Shown: positions 1 to 8,921 of the stretch, in pieces
Layout of the letters: each line of letters begins with the position of its first letter
Numbering within the stretch: position 1 is the first letter of the stretch
NCBI GenBank assembly: GCA_044222185.1
Contig: JBGANV010000003.1
Span: 128,001 to 192,000, forward strand
Direction of reading: 5' to 3'
Source of the DNA: Planctomycetota bacterium
GTDB lineage: Bacteria > Planctomycetota > GCA-002687715 > CAIWVZ01
Length of the DNA: 64,000 bases
The notes under the pieces: generated by a model
What the model saw: only the letters and a program-made list of their open reading frames with translations
Database searches by the model: none
Told to the model about the DNA's origin: nothing
Position numbers and translations under genes: made by a program

Positions 1-1518
1 GCAGGCCTGCGAGTAGACCTGGTTGTCACGGAGGAAGAACGACCGAAGGACGCCCCGCGCCGCGAGAACGACGACCACGACGACGAATCCCACCGAGACC
101 AGGTAGACGGCCTGAGACTTGTGCGCGTCGAGGCGGAGCGGGAGCAGGAACGCGAGCACGAAGGCGACGTGATAGAGGAAGAGGAACAGGATGAGGCGCG
201 AGAGATCCAGCGCCTGCCAGTCGGGACTCGCAAAAAGGCTCTTCAGCGTGGCATCGAACGACGCGGCCTCGCGGCGCCGGAATCGGGCGGCATCGCGCAG
301 AGCCGATGCAGGGTCTGCCGCGCCGTGAATCCACCCTTGTCCGAACGGTTCGTCGCCCGCGGCACGCCCGACCACGACGCAATGCCCGCCGAGCGCGGCG
401 AACGCTCTCACGGTCGATGCGCCGGTGGCCGCATCCCATTCCGGCTGTCGTACGACGAGCGCATCGAGTGATTCGAGGCCGGCGGCGCCGCCTGGGAAGC
501 GCAAAAGATCGCCCGCAAGCACCACGAGGGAGGATGAGTCACCGGCCGGGGGCAGGGCGCGCAGCCCCACCGCCTCCGTCACGCCGACGAGCGTGCTCCG
601 ATCGTCCACGAGGGTCACCCCCAGCGGCACGCGCCGGGTCCGCCCACCGCTCGTCACCTCGAAGTCCGACTCGCCGTGCGTGAGCGTCGCGAAGATCACG
701 CGGTGCTCACCCGGCTCGACATCGTGGAAGTCGGAGCGGAACCGGAGGGTCGCGTGCCCGGCTCCCCGCGGGACGGTGACCTCCAGCGGCACTCGCGCCC
801 CCGCGCGGGCGGACGAAAGGCGGGGCGTGATGGTGACGTCGGCGTCGCTCGCCTGGGGCAGGAGACCGCCTGGAACGAGTACGAGCAGGATCGCGGCCGA
901 CACAAGCTTCGGTCCACGACCACGACGGCGTCGCGCGATCAAAGGGACGAGCAACCACGGCACGACAGCGGCGATGGCGAACCCCGTGATCGATGGGACC
1001 TCGCGCAAACACGCGATGCGATGAATCCATGCCGTCGGCGAGGCGACGGCGAGTGACACCGGCGACGTCAGGCCCAGGCTCGCGGTGAGCACCTCGACGG
1101 CCGGGATGACGAGCCCGAGCGTGACGCCGACCATCGCACAGACGACGTGCGCCGTCGCGCCGAAAGCCGCATGAGCGAGCATCGCCGCCCCCCCCGCGCT
1201 CGCCAGGATGCAGCCGATCGCGACGAGGCCCCCCGCACTCACGCCGGAGATCCACGCGGCCACGACGAGGGGAATCGTGGCGAACATCAGCACGAACAAC
1301 GCGAGCACCCACCAGGGCGCGATGCGCCGAGTCCCGTCCCGGGGAAAATTCGCCGGGAACATCAACAGGAAGAAGCCCAGCAGGAACGACGCGTAGGTGA
1401 CGAGGCTGCTCGAGCGATCGAGCAGCGGCACGACGCCGCTCACGCGGTCGAGGGTGATCAACGGGAGGAGCGAGGCGACGAGGGACAACGCGACGAAGCC
1501 GAGCACGAACCGCGTCAC
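1..1518 (-). CDS. Multi-pass membrane protein of unknown function; runs off the left edge of the window (C-terminus missing)
   Basis: Not in the ORF track because it has no stop inside the window. I read the minus frame manually as open from GTG at 1518 to position 1 (VTRFVLGFVALSLVASLLP...LSRLILFLFLYHVAFVLAFLLP...DNQVYSQAC). It has several hydrophobic helices, a soluble middle region, then more TM helices. The start codon is uncertain. Confidence 0.75.
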   Translation of the reverse strand, partial: MTRFVLGFVALSLVASLLPLITLDRVSGVVPLLDRSSSLVTYASFLLGFFLLMFPANFPRDGTRRIAPWWVLALFVLMFATIPLVVAAWISGVSAGGLVAIGCILASAGGAAMLAHAAFGATAHVVCAMVGVTLGLVIPAVEVLTASLGLTSPVSLAVASPTAWIHRIACLREVPSITGFAIAAVVPWLLVPLIARRRRGRGPKLVSAAILLVLVPGGLLPQASDADVTITPRLSSARAGARVPLEVTVPRGAGHATLRFRSDFHDVEPGEHRVIFATLTHGESDFEVTSGGRTRRVPLGVTLVDDRSTLVGVTEAVGLRALPPAGDSSSLVVLAGDLLRFPGGAAGLESLDALVVRQPEWDAATGASTVRAFAALGGHCVVVGRAAGDEPFGQGWIHGAADPASALRDAARFRRREAASFDATLKSLFASPDWQALDLSRLILFLFLYHVAFVLAFLLPLRLDAHKSQAVYLVSVGFVVVVVVLAARGVLRSFFLRDNQVYSQAC

Positions 1519-1561
1519 GGCGCGATTGTGGCCAGGTGCCTCCAAGGCGGCCGTTCCTCTC

Positions 1562-2455
1562 TCAGTGATCTGGAGTGACGAACGGCGGGTCGACGGTGAC
1601 GTTGACCTTGGCGACGTTCTGGAATTCTGGGTTGCGGTCGTTCACGAGCGCGAGCGCATCCAGCTTCGTGTCGACGGGAAGCTCGATCGGGCCGAGCTTC
1701 CCGATGGAGGCGCTGCCCCACTCCACGATCGTTCCGTTGACGAGTTCGAGAGTGATCTCCGGGCCCCTCTTCCCGCCGACGTTCGTGACGTCGACGGTGA
1801 CGCCGTGCAGGAATCGCGACGCCGCGTGCGCGTCGTGTCGACGCAGGTCGTTCAGGACGCTGAGGCCGTTGAGGACCGACGGAGTCTTGAACGTCCCGCC
1901 GACCCGCGGGATGCGCGGGATCGACTGCTTGTTGCCGCGAATGATCGAGAGGCCGGAAGGCGCGAGTGACGCGCGGTCCTCGAGAACGAAGCCTTGCGCA
2001 TCGACGGTGACACGCCACGCCTCCACGTCGACGACGGCCACGGGCTGGCGCAGGTCCAACTCGACGGCGACGCGGCTCGGGAACATGCGACGAACGGCGT
2101 GAACGCGCTCGACCCACGGGTGCTGCAAGAACGAAGCGCGGAGTTCGTCGTCGAGCGCGGGATCGAGGATCGACCGCGCGGGCACGTCGGCGAGTTTTCG
2201 CAGGTCCTTCGCGACGGCCTCGGGAACGAACGGCGGAAGTTGAGAAAGGTCGATCGACGCAGGATCGACCCGGAAGCGGCTCGAGAGGAGCACGCGGCCC
2301 TTCACGAGGTCGACGAGCACGACGGCGAGGATCGCGATCGACACCAACAGCGCGATCGCGAGCGTCGGCCCGCGCAGGAGTGCGCGACCGTCACCGACGA
2401 GGCGCGGCAAGATCGTCTTGCGCAGGCCGTCGCGTGCATCGAGAGTCGCGGTCAT
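1562..2455 (-). CDS. ftsQ: Cell division protein FtsQ/DivIB family
   Basis: Single N-terminal TM helix, POTRA-like segment HPWVERVHAVRRMFPSRVAVELDLRQPVAVV, and the ftsQ position in the dcw cluster. Confidence 0.8.
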   Translation of the reverse strand: MTATLDARDGLRKTILPRLVGDGRALLRGPTLAIALLVSIAILAVVLVDLVKGRVLLSSRFRVDPASIDLSQLPPFVPEAVAKDLRKLADVPARSILDPALDDELRASFLQHPWVERVHAVRRMFPSRVAVELDLRQPVAVVDVEAWRVTVDAQGFVLEDRASLAPSGLSIIRGNKQSIPRIPRVGGTFKTPSVLNGLSVLNDLRRHDAHAASRFLHGVTVDVTNVGGKRGPEITLELVNGTIVEWGSASIGKLGPIELPVDTKLDALALVNDRNPEFQNVAKVNVTVDPPFVTPDH

Positions 2456-2482
2456 CGTTCGCCGGTCACCGCAGCGTCAGGA

Positions 2483-2734
2483 TCAGTTGACCTTCGTCGC
2501 CGTCGCCGTCTGCGTCGCCGCGACGAACTTCTTCGCGCTCTGATCCTTCACCTGGCGATACTGGCCCTCGAAGTCTTCCACGAACATCTGAACGGTCTCG
2601 ATGAGACTCTTCAGGACGTCGCGATCGACGTTGACCATCTGGTCCTGGCGGCTGAGCTCGAGCTCGTGATTCATGAGGCCCAGCGCGACACGCACGGGAT
2701 GCAACCGACGATCGACCCACTTTCCGATGTCCAT
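2483..2734 (-). CDS. 83-aa hypothetical helical/coiled-coil protein inside the dcw cluster
   Basis: AGGAG RBS upstream of the ATG, GC-rich third codon positions, amphipathic helical pattern, and a neat fit between murB and ftsQ. Confidence 0.75.
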   Translation of the reverse strand: MDIGKWVDRRLHPVRVALGLMNHELELSRQDQMVNVDRDVLKSLIETVQMFVEDFEGQYRQVKDQSAKKFVAATQTATATKVN

Positions 2735-2801
2735 GAGGCACTCCTGGAGCGCCAGTCTACCGGCATCGGAGAAAAGCTGTAGGGGACAAGGTGCCCGGAG
2801 A

Positions 2802-3731
2802 TCACACCGCGCGAGACATCCAGACCCGGACTTCGCGTTCGAGCTTCACGCCCGCGTGTCCCAGGACACCGCGTTCGAGTTCCTCGATGAGCGCGAGCAC
2901 GTCCTTCGCCGAGGCGGTCCCCATGTTCTCCACGAAGTTCCCGTGAAGCGGCGACACACGCGCCTCGCCCCTGGCGATGCCTTTCAAACCTGCCGCGTCG
3001 ACGAGCTTCCCCGCGGATTGGCCCACCGGGTTCTTGAAGATGCAGCCGAAGTTCCACCCGGTCGTCGGCTGTGCGGCGTTCTTCTCCTTCAGGATCCGTC
3101 CCGCTTCGCGCTTCAGCGGCAGCCGATCGCCAGGGCGGAGCCGGAACGTCACGGCGGCTACGAGGGCACCCGCGGGAATGCGCGAGGATCGGTAGGAAAA
3201 CGCCAGATCGGCGGCCGTCACCGTTTCGATGCGACCCGACGGCAGAGCGAGGTCGACGGTGTCCACGAACTGGCCGATCTCGCCGTACCGCCCACCGGCA
3301 TTCATGGCGATCGCCCCTCCGATCTGGCCGGGGATGCCGGCGAGCGTTTCGAGGCCGCCGAGTCCCGCGTCCGTCGTCCTGGCGATCAGGTTCGACAGCG
3401 TGACGCCGGCGCCCGCACGCACGTGACTCCCGTCGATGGAGACGGAATCGAGACGGGACGGGTGAAGCACGACGAATTGGAGCGGTTCATCGCCGACGAG
3501 GAGATTGCTGCCGCCGCCGAGGATTCCGTAGCACTCCCCCGCCTCGCGCAGGGCCGACAGGCAGAGCGCGGCGTCGGCGGCGTCGCGGGGCTCCACGAGG
3601 ATCGGGGCCGGCCCGCCGATCCGGATGGTCGTCATGTCCGCGAGCGGCACGTCGGTCCGGATGCGATCCAGGAACGGGGCCGCCCACGCCGGAAATGCAC
3701 GTGGCGGTGTCACGGTGGATTGTGCGGGCAT
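2802..3731 (-). CDS. murB: UDP-N-acetylenolpyruvoylglucosamine reductase
   Basis: Motifs TTIRIGGPA, GGGSNLL, GIPGQIGGAIAMNAGG, FSYRSS, GCIFKNP and LEREV. Confidence 0.95.
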   Translation of the reverse strand: MPAQSTVTPPRAFPAWAAPFLDRIRTDVPLADMTTIRIGGPAPILVEPRDAADAALCLSALREAGECYGILGGGSNLLVGDEPLQFVVLHPSRLDSVSIDGSHVRAGAGVTLSNLIARTTDAGLGGLETLAGIPGQIGGAIAMNAGGRYGEIGQFVDTVDLALPSGRIETVTAADLAFSYRSSRIPAGALVAAVTFRLRPGDRLPLKREAGRILKEKNAAQPTTGWNFGCIFKNPVGQSAGKLVDAAGLKGIARGEARVSPLHGNFVENMGTASAKDVLALIEELERGVLGHAGVKLEREVRVWMSRAV

Positions 3732-3797
3732 GGAGCGTCGGCGTCGAGCCCTGAGGCCGAGCGACGGGGGGCGTGTGGCCTCAGCCCCCGCGGGGTT

Positions 3798-4427
3798 TCA
3801 CAGGACGTTGCCGCCCGACGACACCGTGGCGTCCCAGGACGCGTCCGTCGTCGTCAGGGCGCGGGGCCGGTCCTTCTTCGTCCGTCCCGGAGCGGGCGTG
3901 GCCGGCTTCGAGACCTTGGGAGATTTCGCCGGGCCCGAGTTCTGGACCTTCGGGGTCTCCTTCGAGGGCGCGACCTTGGCCGACGGCGGAAGGAGGATCT
4001 TCTGACCAGGCTGGAGCCGGGATTCGACCCGGAGCCCCTTGTTCAGGGCGACGATCTTCCCGACGAGCGCGCCATTCCCGAGTCGGTCGCGGGCGATCTT
4101 CCCGAGGGTCTCGCCCTTCTTCACCGTGTACTCGACGGGCGCCTGCGGCGTGGAGTCGGCCTCGGGCTTCGGCGGGGTGCGTGTGCGCGCCCGGCCTGAA
4201 ACCAGGTCGTTGTAGGTGAATTCCTCGACGGCCTGGGGGATGACGCGGGTCGACTTCGGGCTCGAAGGCGGCGGGGTCGCCGCCGTCTTGGACGTCAGCG
4301 CCCCGGCGAGTCCGGCGGCCGCCGGATCCGCCGTTTTCTTCCCTTCCTCGGTTCCCAGGATGGCCACCCCGGAAAGGACGGCGATCAGGCCGGTAACGAC
4401 GATCAGGGCAACTTTCTCTGGACTCAT
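3798..4427 (-). CDS. Membrane-anchored LysM peptidoglycan-binding protein
   Basis: Start MSPEKVALIVV with GAGGGG RBS, N-terminal TM helix, LysM motif YTVKKGETLGKIARDRLG...LQPGQKILLP, and Pro/Lys-rich flanks. Confidence 0.85.
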   Translation of the reverse strand: MSPEKVALIVVTGLIAVLSGVAILGTEEGKKTADPAAAGLAGALTSKTAATPPPSSPKSTRVIPQAVEEFTYNDLVSGRARTRTPPKPEADSTPQAPVEYTVKKGETLGKIARDRLGNGALVGKIVALNKGLRVESRLQPGQKILLPPSAKVAPSKETPKVQNSGPAKSPKVSKPATPAPGRTKKDRPRALTTTDASWDATVSSGGNVL

Positions 4428-4517
4428 GGGAACCCCTCGCCTAAACAGGACACGTCCGTCGATCCGATGCCATCGAGAACGCGGTGGAGAACGCCGCGCC
4501 CTCGGGGTTGAAAGCCA

Positions 4518-4640
4518 GGAAGCTGCCTCGGCAGATCGAAGGCGCTCGGGCGCCCTCGTTGATGGTTTGCGCGATATGCCAGGCGAGACCAAAGGAAAGA
4601 GGTGGTCTCAATGAATTGTGAGATCGCCGAGGCAGCTTCC
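4518..4640. repeat. Perfect 15-bp inverted repeat enclosing nested hairpins in the ftsW-LysM spacer
   Basis: GGAAGCTGCCTCGGC (4518-4532) is the exact reverse complement of GCCGAGGCAGCTTCC (4626-4640). Internal stems lie at 4538-4557 and 4585-4609. Confidence 0.85.
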
Positions 4641-4697
4641 GGTGTGATGTGACGCCTGCCGACCGCCGGCAGGCGTTGAGGGTTTCGATGGAGGTGA

Positions 4698-6029
4698 TCA
4701 CGCGACCTCCTCCAACGTGAGTTCGAGTTGTTTCTCGCGTTGAGCGACGCGGCGCGGGGGGCTTGCCGGCGACGGGTCGGTCGCGGCAACAGCCGGGGCC
4801 GGCGCCTCTGACGGAGAGGCCTTCACCGTCGCCGCAGTTCCGTTCGCCACTCGCGCCACGGAGTTCAGGATCCCGAGGCATACGCCCAGACAGAGGAGCG
4901 ACGATCCGCCGTAGGACACGAACGGCAGGTTGATCCCCTTGGGCGGAACCGTGTCCGTGGCGACGGCGATGTTCACCGCGGCCTGGAGCACGATCATGAA
5001 CGACGCGCCGAACGCCAGACTGAATCCGAGCTGGTCACGCGCGCGGGCCGCGAGCCGCAGCCCGTGAAGGAAGATCAGCACGAACGCCGCGGCGACGGTC
5101 GCCGTTCCCACGAACCCGAGCTGCTGCCCGACGGCGGCAAGCACGAAGTCGTTGTAGATCTTCGACACGTGCCCGAGCTGAGCGCGCCCGCTGCCGATGC
5201 CGACTCCGAACAGGCCGCCGGATCCGATCGCGATGAGCGCTTGCTTCACCTGTCCGATCTTGTCCTCGAACGATCCTTGGAACGAGCGGAGCCGATCCTC
5301 CACGTAGGAGTGGAGGTTGCTCATGCAGATCACGGCGGCCGGGAGGCCGACGGCGACGAACGGCAGCATGTGACTCAAACGCATGCCGTTCACGAGCAGC
5401 ACCGTTCCGCCGAGCACGGCGAGGAACATGGCCGTCCCGTTATCGGGCTCGACGACGACGAGCCCGCAGGTCACACCGAGGATGATCATCCCCGGAACGA
5501 ATCCGCCCCAGAACCGCCGGAGGGCCTCGCCCCGGTTCTGGGCGAAGGCGCTGGCCCAGACGATCACCCCGACCTTCGCGAACTCCGAGGGCTGGAGCTG
5601 CCCGAGCCCGGGCATGGGCAGCCAGCGGTGCGCGCCCAGTTGCTTCGGCATGAAGAGCACGGCGATCAGCAGCACCCAGAGCACGGCCAGCCCCCAGTAG
5701 CACTTCTTCGCGAGCGTCCTGTAGTCGAGGCGCGAGAAGAACACGGCGAGCGCGACGCATCCGGCGAGGGCGTAGAGCTGGCGCTTGAAGTACTTGTACG
5801 GCTCGGCCGCAGGCGTCTCCGGGCCCGTGCTCGTGCTCACGATCATCACGAGCCCGAGCATGGCGAGGAGCGCCGCGAGGACCGTGATCATCCGAGCGGA
5901 TGCCACGGCGGACCCGTCGCCGAGGAGGATGAACCCCTTGGACGGAACCGGGTTCTTCTGGCGGCGCTTCGATCGCGGCGGTGCGGCCGGCGACGCCGAC
6001 GGCAGTTCGATCGCGGTGGCATCAGCCAT
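4698..6029 (-). CDS. ftsW: SEDS-family peptidoglycan glycosyltransferase FtsW
   Basis: About 10 TM helices; motifs GAHRWL, LQPSEFAK, EPDNGT, GSGGLFGVGIG and PPKGINLPFVSYGGSS; position after murF. Confidence 0.92.
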   Translation of the reverse strand: MADATAIELPSASPAAPPRSKRRQKNPVPSKGFILLGDGSAVASARMITVLAALLAMLGLVMIVSTSTGPETPAAEPYKYFKRQLYALAGCVALAVFFSRLDYRTLAKKCYWGLAVLWVLLIAVLFMPKQLGAHRWLPMPGLGQLQPSEFAKVGVIVWASAFAQNRGEALRRFWGGFVPGMIILGVTCGLVVVEPDNGTAMFLAVLGGTVLLVNGMRLSHMLPFVAVGLPAAVICMSNLHSYVEDRLRSFQGSFEDKIGQVKQALIAIGSGGLFGVGIGSGRAQLGHVSKIYNDFVLAAVGQQLGFVGTATVAAAFVLIFLHGLRLAARARDQLGFSLAFGASFMIVLQAAVNIAVATDTVPPKGINLPFVSYGGSSLLCLGVCLGILNSVARVANGTAATVKASPSEAPAPAVAATDPSPASPPRRVAQREKQLELTLEEVA

Positions 6030-7368
6030 GCGCCACCTCCATCGCCAGCAGCCGCTCGAGGCCGATCCCGCGCGAGCCCTTCATCAGGACGAGGCCGCCT
6101 GCATCGAGGAGCCGTGCCGCGTCGTCGTGGGACTCGCCGGTCGTGCGGCGCCACGTGAGGTGGCCCTTGCCGCCGAAGCCGCGCGCGAAATCCGCGCCGT
6201 GCATGCCGATGAAGAGCACGTTCGTGATCCCGGACTGGGCGCACAGGCGTCCCAACTCGGCGTGCGACTCGGACGCTGCAGCGCCCAGCTCGAGCATGTC
6301 GCCGAGGATGGCCGATTTGCGTCCCGGACGGACCTTCATCTCCTCCATCGCTGCAGCGGCGGAGAGCGGGTTCGAGTTGTAGCAGTCCACCAGCACCGTG
6401 GCGTCGCCGACCTGACGGACTTCGCCCCGGAGGGCTGCGGGTCGGATCGCCGCGGCCGCGGCCGCGATGACGCTTTCGTCGATTCCCAGGTGGCGCGCGA
6501 TCGCGGAGGCGAGCAGCAGAGCATGACGCAACACGCCGAAGGCGAGCTGCGTTCCGATCACCGGGCCTCCAGCCGACAGCCGGATGGCCACGGCGCCGGC
6601 CGACGGCACCACTTCGCCCCGGACGTCGGTCGCCCGCGGACCGAAACCGCACCGGACGACGCGCACGTGCGACGGGTAGTTCGCGTCCGCGAGCCACGGG
6701 TTGTCGGCGTTGATGAAGACGATCCCGCCCGGCGGAAGGGCCCGCACGATCGCCAGCTCCTCCTCCAGCACTCCCGCCAGATCGAGGAAACCCTCGAGGT
6801 GCTCGGCGCCGATCGACGTCAGGACTGCGACCGTGGGACGTGCCAGCTCGCAGAGTGGCGCCAGCTCCCCAGGATGATTCGTCCCGAGTTCAGCGACGAG
6901 GACGTCCGTGTCCGCTTCGACGCGGCAGATCGTCAACGGCACACCCAGATGGTTGTTGAAGGAACGCTCGGACGCCACGCTGCGGAACCGCGCCGAGAGC
7001 AGCGTCTGCAGCATCTCCTTCGTCGTCGTCTTGCCTGCGCTGCCGGCAACTCCGATGACTGGACCGGCGAAGCGGCGCCGAACCAGGCGCGCGACGGACG
7101 TGAGGGCCGCGAGCGGATCCTCGACCGCGAGCACGCGCTCGGGGTACGGCCCGTTCTTCTCCGCAAGCACGGCGACGGCACCGGCCTCGAGCGCCGCCGG
7201 GATGAACGTGCGTCCATCCGCCCGCGTACCGCGGAGCGCGACGAACAGGTCTCCCGGTTCGACGGATCGGCTATCGCTCGTGACTCCCGTCACGATCGCG
7301 GCGGCGAGCGCCTCGGGCCACGGAGCGCCGACGGCTTCCGCAATCTCGCGTGCGAGCGTGGGTGTCAC
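6022..7368 (-). CDS. murF: UDP-MurNAc-tripeptide D-Ala-D-Ala ligase
   Basis: Motifs GSAGKTTTKE, SFNNHLGVP, ELGTNHPGE, EHLEGF, DCYNSNP, GDMLELG and KGSRG. Confidence 0.95.
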   Translation of the reverse strand: MTPTLAREIAEAVGAPWPEALAAAIVTGVTSDSRSVEPGDLFVALRGTRADGRTFIPAALEAGAVAVLAEKNGPYPERVLAVEDPLAALTSVARLVRRRFAGPVIGVAGSAGKTTTKEMLQTLLSARFRSVASERSFNNHLGVPLTICRVEADTDVLVAELGTNHPGELAPLCELARPTVAVLTSIGAEHLEGFLDLAGVLEEELAIVRALPPGGIVFINADNPWLADANYPSHVRVVRCGFGPRATDVRGEVVPSAGAVAIRLSAGGPVIGTQLAFGVLRHALLLASAIARHLGIDESVIAAAAAAIRPAALRGEVRQVGDATVLVDCYNSNPLSAAAAMEEMKVRPGRKSAILGDMLELGAAASESHAELGRLCAQSGITNVLFIGMHGADFARGFGGKGHLTWRRTTGESHDDAARLLDAGGLVLMKGSRGIGLERLLAMEVAHG

Positions 7369-8825
7369 GCGGCAGGCTCCTTGAGCGTCTGCTCGAGCAC
7401 TTCCAGCCGGTCGTCGAACGGGAACAGACGATCGCCGGCCTCGATCGACGTCTCGGCGCCCCGGCCCGCGATGACGACGACGTCACCCTGGCGTGCCTGC
7501 GAGAGCGCGAGCCGGATCGCCGCGCGACGGTCGGGCTCGACCTCCACGTGATCGAGAGCACGGAACCCGGCGACGATGTCGCTGAGGATCGAGCCCGGGT
7601 TCTCGGACCGCGGGCTGCCCTGCGTCACGATGATCTCGTCCGCGCACGCCTCCGCGACGCGAGCCATGCGCCCGCGGCGGCCGCGGTCGCGCTCGCCATC
7701 GCAGGCGAAGACGACGATGAGGCGGCCGAGCGTGAACGGGCGAAGCGCCGAGAGGACCTCGCGGAGCGCGGCCTCGTTGCGGGCATGGTCCACGTACACC
7801 GCATACGGTGCGCGCAGTGGGAGCCGCTCCATGCGGCCGGCGAGCCGGTGCATCCGCGACAGTGCCTCGCAGCACGGCCTCAACTCCATGCCGATGGAGA
7901 GGCACGCGGCGAGTGCCGCGAGGATGTTCGCGGCGTTGTGCCGTCCCACGAGCCGGGTCGTGAGGGACTCAGTTCCACCCGGCGTACGAACGCGCAGGAC
8001 CGTGCCATTCCCGTCGAGCCTCATGATCTCGCCGCGGATGTCCCCGCCGCTCGAGATGCCGTAGGTCACGACGCGCGCCCGAGTCTGCGCCGCCATGACC
8101 TCCCAGGCCGGATCGTCCCGATTGAGCACGGCGACGGCATCCGTGCCGAGCATGCGGAACATCTCGGCCTTGGCGTCGACGTATTCGTCGAACGTCCCGT
8201 GGAAGTCCAGGTGATCGCGGCTGATGTTCGTCAGCACGCCGCAATCGAAGTGGACGCCATCGAGGCGTTGATCCACGAGGGCGTGGGACGGAACCTCCAT
8301 GGCGCAGCCGCGAACCCCGGCGTCCACCATCTCGCGGAGCGTGGCGTGGATGCGCGTCGCGTCGTCGTAATGAGCGAACCGTGCTCCGGGAGCGCGACCG
8401 CAGGTCTGGTGTCGAGGCTCGAGCGACTCGGATTGCATCCCGCACGCGGCCATGGCGGACGCCACGAGCTGCGCGACGGACGACTTGCCGTTCGTACCCG
8501 TGATTCCCACGAGACTCAGCCTGCGGGATGGGCCACCGAAGAACCGATCGGCGATGAATGCGAGCGCGCGCCGCGCGTCTTGTGCGAGCAGCACCGGGAT
8601 TCCGCAGTCGGATTCGACGTGCCGCTCGGAGACGATCGCGATGGCGCCACGGCTGACGGCATCACGAATCATGGGCTGCATCTCGGCACCACTTTCGTCG
8701 ACGGCGACGAAGAGATCGCCCGGGCGCACGTCGCGTGCGTCGCAAGCGATCCCGCGGACGTCCACGTCGGGGATCTGCCCGTGGCTGAGGAGTGCGCGGC
8801 CTGGAACCAGTTCGGTGAGTTTCAT
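7365..8825 (-). CDS. murE: MurE-family ligase with a divergent C-terminal substrate-binding domain
   Basis: Motifs GITGTNGKSS, MEVPSHAL and TNISRDHLDFHGTFDEYVDAK, located between ftsI and murF. The usual DNPR motif reads GSPR. Confidence 0.85.
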   Translation of the reverse strand: MKLTELVPGRALLSHGQIPDVDVRGIACDARDVRPGDLFVAVDESGAEMQPMIRDAVSRGAIAIVSERHVESDCGIPVLLAQDARRALAFIADRFFGGPSRRLSLVGITGTNGKSSVAQLVASAMAACGMQSESLEPRHQTCGRAPGARFAHYDDATRIHATLREMVDAGVRGCAMEVPSHALVDQRLDGVHFDCGVLTNISRDHLDFHGTFDEYVDAKAEMFRMLGTDAVAVLNRDDPAWEVMAAQTRARVVTYGISSGGDIRGEIMRLDGNGTVLRVRTPGGTESLTTRLVGRHNAANILAALAACLSIGMELRPCCEALSRMHRLAGRMERLPLRAPYAVYVDHARNEAALREVLSALRPFTLGRLIVVFACDGERDRGRRGRMARVAEACADEIIVTQGSPRSENPGSILSDIVAGFRALDHVEVEPDRRAAIRLALSQARQGDVVVIAGRGAETSIEAGDRLFPFDDRLEVLEQTLKEPAA

Positions 8826-8921
8826 CGGAGTCAATCGGGCGCGGCGAAGTCGTCTGCGGTCGGAATCAGTACTCGGTGAACCAATGAATGAGACGTGTGA
8901 CGGTCGAGCGGAGTTTCGAGA

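Noticed and set aside
4441-4701. 86-aa minus-strand ORF starting at the GTG overlapping the ftsW stop, with a strong RBS
   Set aside because: It has many A/T-ending codons and no recognisable protein character, and the region is better explained as structured RNA. It is not fully excluded.
4701-4735. QLELTL at the FtsW C-terminus, resembling a beta-clamp-binding motif
   Set aside because: It is a short degenerate match in a low-complexity tail, and the end of the tail is constrained by the overlapping RBS-like sequence.
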